A DNA stretch of 60,734 nucleotides. It comes from a bacterium (GTDB lineage: Bacteria; Krumholzibacteriota; Krumholzibacteriia; G020349025). The DNA lies in contig JANLSU010000065.1 of the NCBI GenBank assembly GCA_031362565.1, positions 1-60,734 of the forward strand, written 5' to 3'. How positions within the stretch are numbered: position 1 is the stretch's first letter; the number at the start of each line of letters is the position of its first letter. Of this stretch, positions 48,610 to 59,269 are shown in pieces. Made by a program: the position numbers and the translations under genes. The notes under the pieces were generated by a model, which saw only the letters and a list, made by a program, of their open reading frames with translations, was not told where the DNA came from and did not search any database.

Positions 48610-50961
48610 ATGCGACACGCACTCGGACGCTACATGCACTGGCTCCACACGCGTTGGCCGGCCGGGACCATCGAGCCGCTGCCGGAGGTCGCAGCCGATG
48701 GGACGACGGCGCTCGCCGGCGTCCGGGTGGTGGGCGATCTCACCGGCATTCCGCTCCTCAAGTTTTCGGCCGATACCGGCGCGCGGGCCGTGCAAGCCAT
48801 CGTTGCCGAACCGGGCTTCGCGGCCGGGCGGCGCGCCGGCGTGTTGGATCTCGCCATCGTCGGCGGCGGCGTTTCGGGCATCGCGGCGGCGCTCGAGGCG
48901 CGCCAGGCAGGGCTCGAATTTCGCGTCTTCGAAGCCACGCTGCCGTTCTCGACCATCGTCAATTTTCCCAAAGCCAAACCCATCTATACCTATCCCACCG
49001 AGATGATTCCGGCGGGCCAGTTGCAGCTCCGCGCCGAGATCAAGGAAACGTTGCTCGAAGAACTCGAGGCCCAGCGCCGTGCGGCGGCCATTGAACCGGT
49101 GAAAGCGCGTATTGTGCGCCTCGAACGCCAGGGCGACGAGCTGCTGTTGCACGGCGACAAGGAGGTCGTGGCGCGGGCTCGGCGCGTCATCGTCGCCATC
49201 GGCCGAAGCGGCAACTATCGCAAACTCGGCGTGCCCGGCGAGACGCTCGACAAGGTGTACAACCGGTTGTATGACCCCAAGGAATTCGCCGGCCGCAATA
49301 CGTTGGTCGTGGGTGGCGGCGATTCGGCGCTCGAAGCCTCGATCGCGCTCGCGACGTGCGGCGCCCACGTGACGCTGTCCTACCGCGGCAAGGAGTTCTC
49401 GCGTCCCAAGCCCGACAACCTCGAGATGGTTGCCCAGTTGCAGGCGAATCCCGCCGCCGAAGTGGCGGTCGAGGAACCAACCTCCGAGCGCGTCACGACG
49501 GCGGCGAACTCGAGCATGCGCGGCGACAAGCCGGCCGGGTCGCTGCGATTGATGCTGGGTTCGCGATTGCAGGACATCCAGGCCGACGCGGTCCGGGTGC
49601 GCGACGGCTCGGGCGCCGAGCACAAGATCCCGAATGACGTCGTGTTCGCGATGATCGGCCGCGAGGCGCCGCTCGACTTCTTCCGGCGCTCCGGGATCGC
49701 AATTCGCGGCGAGTGGAGCTTGAAGCGCGGCGCCGCCCTCGCGGCGTTCTTTGTCTTCTGTACATTCCTCTACAACTGGAAGCTGGGGGGCGGGCTGACG
49801 CACGCCTTTCAGGCCCGGCATTGGTTTCCGTTCAACGTCCCGGCTTGGCTCGAGTCGCTGTCGGCGACCGCCAAGGATCCGCGCGCCTTTCTCGGCACCC
49901 TCGCCGTGTCGCTCGAAGAGCCCAGTTTCTACTACTCGCTCGCCTATTCGCTTTGCATCGTCATCTTTGGCATCGACCGGATGCGGCGGCGGCGAACGCC
50001 GTACGTGAAATGGCAGACCCTGTCCCTCATGGCGTTTCAAGTGCTGCCGCTCTTCTTGCTGCCATATGTTCTACTGCCGTGGGCGGGACACAATGGCGCC
50101 TTCGACGGCGGCGCCGGCAAATGGTTCGGCGATCAACTCTTTCCCGTCGCCAACTACGGCCACGGACGCGAGTACTGGCGCGCTTTCGGCTTCGTGCTCG
50201 CGTGGCCGCTCTTCATCTGGAATTTCTTCACCGAGAAGCCGATGTGGATGTGGCTCGCCATCGGCTCTGTGCAAACATTCGTGCTGATTCCGCTCGTGGT
50301 GCGCCGCTGGGGCAAGGGTGCGTACTGCGGCTGGGTGTGTTCCTGCGGCGCGCTGGCCGAGACCCTCGGCGACCGGCATCGCCAGAAGATGCCGCACGGG
50401 CCGCGCTGGAACCGCCTCAACATGGTGGGCCAAGTCATTCTTTGGATCGCGCTCGCGATGTTCCTGCTGCGGATCGTCAGCTGGACGGTGCCGAATACCG
50501 GGCTCGGCCGCATGACTTCCAACCTCTACCACGGACTCTTATCGGGATGGGCGCCGTTCGGTATCCAGTTGAACTACTGGCATGTCGTCGATTTGGCCTT
50601 GGCGGGGATCGTCGGCGTCGGCGCCTACTTCTGGTTCAGCGGCCGGGTGTGGTGCCGCTTCGCCTGCCCACTGGCTGCCCTCATGCACATCTACGCGCGG
50701 TTCACGACCTTCCGCATCTTCGCCGACAAGAAGAAGTGCATCTCGTGCAACGTCTGCACGTCGGTCTGCCATCAGGGCATCGACATCATGAACTTCGCCA
50801 ACAAGGGCATGCCGATGGAAGACCCGGAGTGCGTGCGTTGTTCGGCCTGCGTCCAGATGTGCCCCACCGGCACCTTGAGTTTCGGCCGCTACGCCAAGGA
50901 CGGCCGCATCGTCTTCGACATCCTGCCGGCATCGCCGGTGCGAATGCGCGAAGGGCACTGA
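48610..50961 (+). CDS. FAD/NAD(P)H oxidoreductase (TrxR/YpdA-like) fused to a NapH/RdxA-like membrane 4Fe-4S domain
   Basis: IVGGGVSG, VVGGGDSA, several TM helices, YCGWVCSCG, WCRFACP, two CxxCxxCxxxC ferredoxin motifs. Confidence 0.88.
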   Translation: MRHALGRYMHWLHTRWPAGTIEPLPEVAADGTTALAGVRVVGDLTGIPLLKFSADTGARAVQAIVAEPGFAAGRRAGVLDLAIVGGGVSGIAAALEARQAGLEFRVFEATLPFSTIVNFPKAKPIYTYPTEMIPAGQLQLRAEIKETLLEELEAQRRAAAIEPVKARIVRLERQGDELLLHGDKEVVARARRVIVAIGRSGNYRKLGVPGETLDKVYNRLYDPKEFAGRNTLVVGGGDSALEASIALATCGAHVTLSYRGKEFSRPKPDNLEMVAQLQANPAAEVAVEEPTSERVTTAANSSMRGDKPAGSLRLMLGSRLQDIQADAVRVRDGSGAEHKIPNDVVFAMIGREAPLDFFRRSGIAIRGEWSLKRGAALAAFFVFCTFLYNWKLGGGLTHAFQARHWFPFNVPAWLESLSATAKDPRAFLGTLAVSLEEPSFYYSLAYSLCIVIFGIDRMRRRRTPYVKWQTLSLMAFQVLPLFLLPYVLLPWAGHNGAFDGGAGKWFGDQLFPVANYGHGREYWRAFGFVLAWPLFIWNFFTEKPMWMWLAIGSVQTFVLIPLVVRRWGKGAYCGWVCSCGALAETLGDRHRQKMPHGPRWNRLNMVGQVILWIALAMFLLRIVSWTVPNTGLGRMTSNLYHGLLSGWAPFGIQLNYWHVVDLALAGIVGVGAYFWFSGRVWCRFACPLAALMHIYARFTTFRIFADKKKCISCNVCTSVCHQGIDIMNFANKGMPMEDPECVRCSACVQMCPTGTLSFGRYAKDGRIVFDILPASPVRMREGH

Positions 50962-50973
50962 GGCGCCGGAGCG

Positions 50974-51927
50974 CTAGCGTGAATCGCCCAACAGGAAGGT
51001 GAACCCGGCGGTGAGGCCGTACAGCATTCCCGCCCGGTTGCCGTATGTACCGTCCGCGCCGGTCAGTCGAACGTCGGCGCCAATGTGGATCGCAACCCCC
51101 GGCACGCTGTGACTGAGCGGCAGGAGCACGCCGCCCGCAAAGAGGACTCCAAGCTTGGTGTCGTTGAAAAACCCGGGGTAGTATCCGCCATTGTTGAAGT
51201 CCGTCGCAAAGTAGCTGCCGCTATTCTGAAACACGGCTCCTACTCCAACCTCGACAAACGTGATCGGCCGGTCCAACCAGACGGCCCGCGGATGGGCGCC
51301 GACCACGAAGTACAGCTCGTCTAGAGAAGCATCGCCGAAGCCACCGTAGTACGACCCCGAATACGAATTGAAGTCGAGCCACTGCCGCCGGTAATCGAAG
51401 CCGATATAGGCATTCTTGACCGCTGTGATCCGCAGTCCAAACCCGAGCGAGCCGCCGCCGTGCAGCGCCTCGAACGCATCCCCACCGGAGCCTGACGCCC
51501 CGAGGGAAAGACTCGGCAGCACCAAGACGCGCGCCGGCAATGCGCCGCGCCGGCGCCAATCGCGCCGCCGTGCGGAAGTGGTAACGCTGGGTTCCGGTTC
51601 GGCGGCGGGTGGCCGGATGAACTCGCCGTGGTCCGGCTCCGTGCCCGCGAAGATCTCCTCGGTCACATCGCGGCCGGCGGGATCGACAATGGCTCGAATC
51701 GACGCTCGCGGCATGCTCTTCCGTCCACCCTGTCCGTTGACCAGCAGAATCGCCGGCTCGCCCGCCGTACTGACGACGGTCATGTCCGGATACTCCCAGC
51801 CATCGGTCGTCGTAACGGTGACGTTGGACCAGGTGGCAGCGCGCGCTGCGCCGGCCGTCGCAACCACAATACAAACCAGAACCACGACGCCGCGGCATCC
51901 TGCCGCGATCGATCGAAGGGTGAACAT
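50974..51927 (-). CDS. Secreted protein with probable small outer-membrane beta-barrel C-terminal domain
   Basis: Signal peptide ending ARA; alternating hydrophobic strands; terminal strand GLTAGFTFL. Confidence 0.6.
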   Translation of the reverse strand: MFTLRSIAAGCRGVVVLVCIVVATAGAARAATWSNVTVTTTDGWEYPDMTVVSTAGEPAILLVNGQGGRKSMPRASIRAIVDPAGRDVTEEIFAGTEPDHGEFIRPPAAEPEPSVTTSARRRDWRRRGALPARVLVLPSLSLGASGSGGDAFEALHGGGSLGFGLRITAVKNAYIGFDYRRQWLDFNSYSGSYYGGFGDASLDELYFVVGAHPRAVWLDRPITFVEVGVGAVFQNSGSYFATDFNNGGYYPGFFNDTKLGVLFAGGVLLPLSHSVPGVAIHIGADVRLTGADGTYGNRAGMLYGLTAGFTFLLGDSR

Positions 51928-51947
51928 GCGCCTCGCCTCCTCTGCTT

Positions 51948-54461
51948 TCAGCGGCTGCTTTCCTGCTGGCCGTGCGCCGGGCGGTTCTTGACCCAGCGGT
52001 CGGCCCAGTCGACCATTTCGGCCAACGTTTGCAGAATCGACTCGCGCGCCCGGTAACCGTGGCCTTCGGAGGGCAACATCACGAGCCGAGCGGTGGCGCC
52101 ATTGCCTTGCAGGGCTTGGAAGAACCGCTCCGATTGAATCGGGAACGTGCCGGAGTTGGTGTCTTCCTCACCGTGAATCAACAGAATGGGCGCGTGCATC
52201 TGGTTCGCGAACGTGAACGGTGAGAGCTGAGTGTACGTTTCGGTCGCGTCCCAATACGAACGCCGTTCGTCCTGAAATCCGAACGGCGTGAGCGAGCGGT
52301 TGTAGGCCCCGCTCCGGGCAATCCCGGCCGCGAACAGATCGCTGTGCGCGAGCAAGTTCGCTGTCATGAAGGCGCCGTAGCTGTGGCCGCCGATGCCGAT
52401 GCGATCGCGGTCCGCAACCCCCATCGCCACCAGCGTATCGACCGCCGCCTTGGCAGCCGCGACCGTCTGCTCCACGTACGTGTCGTTCATGTGCTCGGGA
52501 TCCCCAATGACCGGCATCGTCGGATCGTCGAGCACCGCGTAACCTTGGGTCAGGAAGAAGAGCTGCGAAGCGCCAGTCAACCGCACGAACGTGTTCTCCG
52601 AGCCACGTACCTGACCCGCCGTACTGGCGTCGGAAAATTCGCGCGGGTAGGCCCACAGCATGACCGGCAAGTGCGTCCCCGGCGTATAGCCCGGCGGCAG
52701 ATAAAGGAACGCCGTGAGCGGGGTGCCATCGGCGCGGTGGTACTTGAGGAGCCGTTTCTCGATGCCGGCCAGTTGCGGCGCCGGATCACGGTAATTCGTC
52801 AACTTGGTGCGGCGTTGCGACACCAGGTCGACCGCAAATTGATTCGGCGGCTCGGTATGCGATTGCGCCGCGACCAGGATGCGTGTCCCTGACGCGAATG
52901 CCACGAACGTTTCGAGACCGTTGTGGGGCGACTCGAACAGGCGGGTCTTCTCGAGCGAGCGCAGGTCCATGCGATCCAGGAACGGGCGGTCGCCGTCCGG
53001 CGACGAGCCCTTGCCCGACAAATAGATGAAATCGCCATCCTGGCGCATGGCTTGCGTGCCGTCGGAGCGCGTATTCAAGACCGGGCTCCCAGGGTCCTTG
53101 TATGCATCGTTGACGCTCCGATCGAAGATCTTGCGCAGCGCGCCACCGCGGATTGCAAGGTCCGCCGACCAGGTCGTCAACCAGCGGCGATCCCGGTCGT
53201 ACTCGTTGATGAACACCCGGTCGCGCCGTCCCGTCCACGTCAAGCCGGCGAGGCGCTCGTGAAGCTGCAGCACTTCTTCCGCCGACTGCGCGAGGTTGTT
53301 CGGGATGTCTTCGAGCGGATCGACCCCCGCCGGCCGCGTGGGCGCTTTGCCCAACGCTTTGGACACCGCGACGCGCAGAATCCGGTCCCGGTTCGGCACT
53401 TTTTTCATCGGGTCGCCGCCGTCCAGCGCTTCGGCCCACACGAGCGTCGCCGGGCAAAACGGCTGCCAGGAAATTTCGCGCGGTCCGGTCGCAACACCCT
53501 GCTGCGGCACTTCGTCAGCGACGGGCAACTTCGCCACGGAAGCCACCCGCTTGCCACTGGCTTCCCAGATTTCAATTTCGCGCCCAAAGTTCTCTGCCGG
53601 GACGCGGTACGAAAACGGCCGCACGACGCGGGTCACGAGCAAGTACGCACCGCTCGGCGCGAACGTGGCCTCGGCGTACAAACCAGGTTCGGCGAGCGCC
53701 TGCATGGTTCCCGACTCGGTATCGACGAGCGCGAGCTGCGACGTGCCGTAGTACGCGAACAGCTCCTCGTCGTGCGGATCTTCGAGCAAGTCGCGAAAGG
53801 TCGCCATACGAGTGCGCTTACCGGCCGTCTGTTGAACGGCGGGCCCGACCGGAACGCGGCTCACGGCCGGCGCCGGGCCGCGATTCGCGGCCACCGCACG
53901 CACCAAGAGCTGGCGATTGTCACGCGTCCATTGAATCGGCGCGCCGAGCATGTCGTTGAGGCGCACGCCCGGAACGGCGTGCGCGGTCGCGGCGCGAGCA
54001 TCGCCCACCCACAGCTCGACGCCGTCATCCAAAGTGCGCGTGAAGGCAAAGTGTTTGCCGTCGAACGACCAGACCGGGGTGCCGATGTACGAACCGGCCG
54101 GCAGCTGGACCGGCTGCGGAGCGCCGCCGCTCGACCGCTGCAGCGTCAAACCGGTGGCGCGAAACTCCCGGCGCCGGGCTCCGAGCGCCGGATCGACGCG
54201 CACGCCGGCGAGTTTCAAGAATGGCCGGGCGAGAAGTTCAATCGGCGGATACGGTTCGGTGTCCACCAGCAGGAGCGCTTCACCCGTCGGTGCAGGGATC
54301 GCGATGGGCGGCGCCGGTGCGGCGAGAATATCGACGATGTCCTGCGGCGGCTGCCGGTAGGCTTCGGCACCGCGCGCGGTTCCCGCGCCCACCACAACAG
54401 CCAGCGCGACCGCAACCGGCCGGGCCCAATGAACACGAAACACCGGCGCTTGGATACGCAT
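51948..54461 (-). CDS. S9 prolyl-oligopeptidase-family peptidase (glutamyl endopeptidase-like)
   Basis: Signal peptide, YRQPP, WAEALDGGD, GGHSYGAFMT, ARSGAYNR, HGEED, EGHGY. Confidence 0.92.
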   Translation of the reverse strand: MRIQAPVFRVHWARPVAVALAVVVGAGTARGAEAYRQPPQDIVDILAAPAPPIAIPAPTGEALLLVDTEPYPPIELLARPFLKLAGVRVDPALGARRREFRATGLTLQRSSGGAPQPVQLPAGSYIGTPVWSFDGKHFAFTRTLDDGVELWVGDARAATAHAVPGVRLNDMLGAPIQWTRDNRQLLVRAVAANRGPAPAVSRVPVGPAVQQTAGKRTRMATFRDLLEDPHDEELFAYYGTSQLALVDTESGTMQALAEPGLYAEATFAPSGAYLLVTRVVRPFSYRVPAENFGREIEIWEASGKRVASVAKLPVADEVPQQGVATGPREISWQPFCPATLVWAEALDGGDPMKKVPNRDRILRVAVSKALGKAPTRPAGVDPLEDIPNNLAQSAEEVLQLHERLAGLTWTGRRDRVFINEYDRDRRWLTTWSADLAIRGGALRKIFDRSVNDAYKDPGSPVLNTRSDGTQAMRQDGDFIYLSGKGSSPDGDRPFLDRMDLRSLEKTRLFESPHNGLETFVAFASGTRILVAAQSHTEPPNQFAVDLVSQRRTKLTNYRDPAPQLAGIEKRLLKYHRADGTPLTAFLYLPPGYTPGTHLPVMLWAYPREFSDASTAGQVRGSENTFVRLTGASQLFFLTQGYAVLDDPTMPVIGDPEHMNDTYVEQTVAAAKAAVDTLVAMGVADRDRIGIGGHSYGAFMTANLLAHSDLFAAGIARSGAYNRSLTPFGFQDERRSYWDATETYTQLSPFTFANQMHAPILLIHGEEDTNSGTFPIQSERFFQALQGNGATARLVMLPSEGHGYRARESILQTLAEMVDWADRWVKNRPAHGQQESSR

Positions 54462-54517
54462 CGGGGACTCCTCCTTGGGTTGCGGGACCGCATCATTGTA
54501 GCCGATCGGGGGAGCGG

Positions 54518-56605
54518 CTAGGGGCGCGGGACGCGCACTTCCCAGTGGCGGTGGCGGAGCGTCTTGCCGGACTCACGGGCATGCACCTCGGCCGTAATTG
54601 TGAATGCCTCACGGTCGCCGGTCATCCGCCAGCAGGATTCGACCTCGACATGCCACGCACCGCGCCGGCGGGTGGCGTGATGCATGACGCGCGCTTCGGC
54701 GGCGAGGGGATCCTCGGGGTGAATGCGAAACAGCTCCTCGATCGCATGTCCGGTCTCGAGGTCGATGGCGGGAAAGGACGTGCGCGCCGGAATCGAGCCA
54801 GCGCCAAAGTCGATGCGCGTCACGACCGTCGTCATCCCGGTGCGAGGATCGGTGGTCTCACGTGATTCGATGGCGGTCGGATCGACATCGTGCGTGGCAT
54901 CGGCCGGCGCCGACTCGGGACCGGCAAAGGCGGGCAACAAGGCGTCGTCCGGATGCGATGGCCGCTGCGGCAGTTCGAGTCCGGCTTGCGCCGCGAAAAT
55001 CGTCAATGCGACGGGCTCCGGCGACGGCCACACGATCGGCCAATACGCGGTCGACACGGCGACGCGCAGCCGGTGTCCGGGCGCAAACGAATGCGCCGCG
55101 TGACGGAGCACGACTTGGACACGGATTCTCTCCCCAGCAACAACCGGGTCGCGCCGCTCGGGGCCGTGGCGCTGCGTCAAGTCGTAGAGCGCATACGAAA
55201 CGCGCGCGCTGTCACCATTCGGCGCGACGTCGCAGAGACGCACCGCAAGGAACGCCGACGGGCGGTCCACCGACAATTCGAACGAAACACCGGGAGCACC
55301 AAGAATTTCGATTCCGGCGTCGAGCGCGGCACTCTCGAAAACCAAGGAACCGGCATCGTCACTCGACTGTTCAGGAAATGGATCCGCTTCGATTCCGAAG
55401 CCGCACCACGGACCCGCGGCAAGCCCAATCGACTGCCGGGCACCGGGTGGAATCGCCACCTCGCTCGCCGCATTCACCGCCCCCGTGGCCACGGTCCCCG
55501 CTGCCGGCAGCACGTGCAGCACGTTCTCGATGCGCGCCGACGGCCAATCCGCTTCCGCCACCCATCGCCCGGCGCGTTGCGTCACCGAATGCCGGGCGGG
55601 CGTCGGGCGCGGATGGTCCTGCATCCACACGCGGTAGGCGGGTTCACGGCGCACTCCCGTATCGATGCCGCGCAACCATTCGTCCCACCAGCGCTTCGCC
55701 TCTTGCAGGAAGCCAATCGCCGGCCCTGGAGTCGCTTCGTGGGGATACAGATGTGCCCACGGACCCACGAGGCCTTTGCAGGGAGCGCGCAATCCGGCGA
55801 GCAATCGCGGCACCGTATCGGCATAGGCATCGGCCCAGCCGCTCACCGCAAAGACCGGACACTCGATGCGTGCGAAGTCTTCCGCGACGGACCCACGCTG
55901 CCAATAGTCGTCACGTGTCGTGTGCGCCAGCCAACGGGCGGCGAAAAGCGGCAGTGCATCGACCCGCGCCAGCCACTCGGCGCGCCAGTGTGGTTCGCCT
56001 GCATGCGCATGGCCGGGCGGTTCCGGCGTGTCGCCCACGAGCAGCGGGTCGGGTGGCAGCGCCGCGACCGTTCCCAACATGGCGCCCCACGACAGGTTCT
56101 CGACCAACGAACAGCCGCCCATCCAGTGCGCATCGGTCAACCAGCGATCATCGCTTGAACAAACGGTGATTACGGCACGCAACGCCGGCGGCCGCCGCGC
56201 CGCCACCTGCAGCGCCAGAATTCCGCCCCAGGATTTGCCGATCATGCCGACGGCACCGTTGCACCACGGTTGCGCCGCGATCCACGCGATCGCCTCGACC
56301 GTGTCTTGCTGTTCGCGTTCGCTGTACTCGTCCTCGAGGCGGCCCTCGGACTCGCCCGTGCCACGCGTATCGAGCCGCACGCATGCGTAGCCTTCGTTCG
56401 CGAACCAGCGGTGCATGCGTTCGTCGCGTTCGCGGGTGCCGTCGCGTTTGCGATACGGATTGCATTCGAGAAGCGCCGGAACCGGGGACCTGGACGCGTC
56501 GGCCGGCAGCCAAAGTCTGGCGGCCAGCCGGCAGCCGTCCGGCATCGGCACCCACAGGTGTTCCACCTCCTGCACGCTGCCCGGGGCAATGTCACGAACG
56601 TGCAT
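54518..56605 (-). CDS. CocE/NonD-family (S15) hydrolase
   Basis: MPDGCRLAARLWLP, PYRKRD, RGTGESEG, GKSWGG, GWADAY, GPWAH, YWPIVWP. Confidence 0.92.
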   Translation of the reverse strand: MHVRDIAPGSVQEVEHLWVPMPDGCRLAARLWLPADASRSPVPALLECNPYRKRDGTRERDERMHRWFANEGYACVRLDTRGTGESEGRLEDEYSEREQQDTVEAIAWIAAQPWCNGAVGMIGKSWGGILALQVAARRPPALRAVITVCSSDDRWLTDAHWMGGCSLVENLSWGAMLGTVAALPPDPLLVGDTPEPPGHAHAGEPHWRAEWLARVDALPLFAARWLAHTTRDDYWQRGSVAEDFARIECPVFAVSGWADAYADTVPRLLAGLRAPCKGLVGPWAHLYPHEATPGPAIGFLQEAKRWWDEWLRGIDTGVRREPAYRVWMQDHPRPTPARHSVTQRAGRWVAEADWPSARIENVLHVLPAAGTVATGAVNAASEVAIPPGARQSIGLAAGPWCGFGIEADPFPEQSSDDAGSLVFESAALDAGIEILGAPGVSFELSVDRPSAFLAVRLCDVAPNGDSARVSYALYDLTQRHGPERRDPVVAGERIRVQVVLRHAAHSFAPGHRLRVAVSTAYWPIVWPSPEPVALTIFAAQAGLELPQRPSHPDDALLPAFAGPESAPADATHDVDPTAIESRETTDPRTGMTTVVTRIDFGAGSIPARTSFPAIDLETGHAIEELFRIHPEDPLAAEARVMHHATRRRGAWHVEVESCWRMTGDREAFTITAEVHARESGKTLRHRHWEVRVPRP

Positions 56606-56793
56606 GGAACTCCCCAAGGTCTTAGCGCGGGCGGCCACTGTTTCCACCGAATGCACCGCAGGACTGCCGCCGCGGGCGGGCCCCACTGTAACCTTCCGCC
56701 CGGCGGTTGCGTACGATCGATGGTCCCGGCCCGACCCCGTCCCGGCGCACGCCCGTCCGTGCCTCTCGACCCCGAACTTCGCTCGGAGCCGCT

Positions 56794-57723
56794 GTGAATT
56801 CATCCGCCCTGCTCGCCCGTCGCGCCACGCCGTTCGTGCTCGCCATGCTTGGAATGGCCGCCGTGGCCGCGCCGGGCCAGGCCCAAACCGCCGGCACGAC
56901 CGGCGGCGTGCACCACACGTCACCGGTCCTTGCGACCGAGGACTCCATTCGCCAGTACGAGCTTCCGGAACCCATTCGCGTCCACGCCGAACGTGTTCCC
57001 TTGCTCGACATCATTCGCAAGGCGCAACAGGGTGAACGGCATAAGTACGACGGCCTCGCGACTCTGAGCTACACCCGCATCGTCAAGATCTCGATCGAGT
57101 TCGGCAAGCCGAAGGCGCGCACCGAGACCGATGAAACGGTATCGCGGGTCTATTTTCGTGCCCCAGATCGCTTGAAGGCCACCGAAGTGCGCCACACCGA
57201 AACGGTCATCCAACCGGACGGCACGCGCCGTCCGAAGGAGAAAGACAAGGAGAAGGACGGGGTCCAGGTCGAAGTGAGTGACGGCGACGAGGAGAACACG
57301 CGAAACGGTCTCGTCGATTTGCCCGACTACCTGGAACGCCTCGATCACTACGATTTCGAGATCCTGCATCGCAGTGTGCAGCCCGACCAGGTCGTGTATG
57401 AGATCGGTTTCCATCCCAAGTCCGAATTCGACATGCTGCCCGAAGGACGCATGTGGATCTTGACGCGCGGCTACCAGATCGTGCGCGAGGAGCTGCATTT
57501 CGCCCATCTGCCGATGCCGGGGATCCTCAAGGATGTCGACCTGATCACGCGCGAATGGCAGGAAGTGGAGGGGCGTTGGCTTCTCAAACGCATCAGCGCC
57601 CGCGCCACCCTTGGACTGCCCGGAATCTTGCGGGCACCCAAATCCCTCGAGGCCGTCGTCGTGTACGGCCAGTATGTTTTCAATCCAACGCTCGACCCGG
57701 CGCTGTTCGGGGAGGGCAAGTGA
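56794..57723 (+). CDS. Secreted hypothetical protein (resembles the N-terminal half of DUF5686-type proteins)
   Basis: Signal peptide; DIIRKA, ETVSRVYF, YDFEIL, VYEIGFHPK, GRMWI; ends FNPTLDPALF. Confidence 0.6.
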   Translation: MNSSALLARRATPFVLAMLGMAAVAAPGQAQTAGTTGGVHHTSPVLATEDSIRQYELPEPIRVHAERVPLLDIIRKAQQGERHKYDGLATLSYTRIVKISIEFGKPKARTETDETVSRVYFRAPDRLKATEVRHTETVIQPDGTRRPKEKDKEKDGVQVEVSDGDEENTRNGLVDLPDYLERLDHYDFEILHRSVQPDQVVYEIGFHPKSEFDMLPEGRMWILTRGYQIVREELHFAHLPMPGILKDVDLITREWQEVEGRWLLKRISARATLGLPGILRAPKSLEAVVVYGQYVFNPTLDPALFGEGK

Positions 57724-59117
57724 TGCAGTCCTGGAGCCGTGCGGCGTTGTTTGCAATCGTTTGTCTCGCCGTGCAGGCAGTACAAGCCGACGCACCCGCC
57801 ACGGCACCAAGCACCCGCCGCGCAACACGGGTCCTGCCGTGGCGCGGCGCCGCGGCGGCGCCGGCCGGCGCCGACACCTTCAGCGTGCAGTCGATCTTGC
57901 GCGCCCGGAGCGCCGCGCTCGACTCGGCGCTGAGCGACGAATCGGCGCTCTTCGATACGCTCGGTATCGACAGCTTGACGGCCGCGCTCGACCGTGGCGG
58001 CGCGGACGCAATGCGGTCCTTCCACGCCAAGGACACGTCGCCCTCAGGCCTGCGCTTCGTACTGCGCCCGTTGGCGCTCTCGACGTACGAACGCATCGAT
58101 GGTTTGCGCCTCGGCTCCGGCGTCGGGGCCCGCGTCGGTCGCCATGTCGCGATCGACGCCGACGCCGCCTATGGATTCGCCGCACACAATTGGTCCGGGA
58201 GCACGCGCGCCCGGGTAACGGGGAAGCGCCGAATGCCGGCCTTGGATGGCGGTTGGAGCGACAGAGTCGAGCCCTTTGGACCCAATCGCGGCGCCTACTT
58301 CACGTCCTTCACCGCCCTGGTGGCCGGCCAGGATCGCCAAGACTATTTACGACGGCGCGCCTGGGATGCCGGTCTGCGCTGGCGGCCGGTGCGCCGCACC
58401 GATCTTGCGGTGCACTATTTCGTGCACGAGGACCAGAGCGCCAATGCCGCGACGGATTTTCGATTCGCGGGCAACAACGCCCTCATCGAGCGGGCGAATC
58501 CCAGCATCGATCGTGGCACGGCGCGCGGCCTGCTGGCGGATGCCGCATGGGCGTCACGTCATGGACGAGTGAGAGGCGACTTGCAAACCGGCGTCGCCGG
58601 CAATTCCTTCGGCGGTGATTTCGACTATGCGTGGCAGGAGGCATCGCTCACCGTTGTGCCCGCGGTCGTTGCCGGTGGAACATTGCGCCTGACGGTGGCG
58701 GGAGCCAACACGGCGGGAACACCGCCGACACAAGCGTTGCCGTACTTGGGTGGCGACGGGAATTTGCGCGGCTTCGAAGCGCTCGAGTTCTCCGGCCGGC
58801 GGCGCGCGACAGTGCGCGCCGAGTACTCGCTGGGACGCGATCTCCTGGCGCGCACCCGCATCCCGGTCGTGCGCGCGCTGCACCTGCAGTTCATTCCGTT
58901 CGCGGATGCAGGCAGCACGTGGGGCGACGCCGCCGGTGTGGGCGCCTCTCACACCCTCGACGGGACCTGGAAATCGAGCCTGGGACTTGGGATTCAACGC
59001 GATCTGTACTATCCGGGCTTCGGCTCGCTGCGTTTGGATGTATCGCGCCGCACGGACGGTGGCCCCGGCGGCGTGGGTGTCTGGTTCCGCGTCCTGCCGT
59101 TCGAAGACACCGATTGA
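57723..59117 (+). CDS. Outer-membrane beta-barrel protein (Omp85/DUF5686-like C-terminal barrel)
   Basis: Signal peptide, YERIDGL, amphipathic strands, LGGDGNLRGF (Omp85 loop-6 RGF motif), FADAGSTW; TGATG overlap with the upstream gene. Confidence 0.72.
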   Translation: MQSWSRAALFAIVCLAVQAVQADAPATAPSTRRATRVLPWRGAAAAPAGADTFSVQSILRARSAALDSALSDESALFDTLGIDSLTAALDRGGADAMRSFHAKDTSPSGLRFVLRPLALSTYERIDGLRLGSGVGARVGRHVAIDADAAYGFAAHNWSGSTRARVTGKRRMPALDGGWSDRVEPFGPNRGAYFTSFTALVAGQDRQDYLRRRAWDAGLRWRPVRRTDLAVHYFVHEDQSANAATDFRFAGNNALIERANPSIDRGTARGLLADAAWASRHGRVRGDLQTGVAGNSFGGDFDYAWQEASLTVVPAVVAGGTLRLTVAGANTAGTPPTQALPYLGGDGNLRGFEALEFSGRRRATVRAEYSLGRDLLARTRIPVVRALHLQFIPFADAGSTWGDAAGVGASHTLDGTWKSSLGLGIQRDLYYPGFGSLRLDVSRRTDGGPGGVGVWFRVLPFEDTD

Positions 59118-59269
59118 CGGTGGAATCGCACTGAAATCCTTGTCGGTCCGCCGCGAATGTAGGATGACACACTGCGGTGGCGCGGTCGATGCATGCCTCC
59201 GTCCGGTCACGGTGATGTTGGGTCAGGGATGTGGGGGCGTGTCAGGACACGCGTGGGGCGGAAGCGTCG

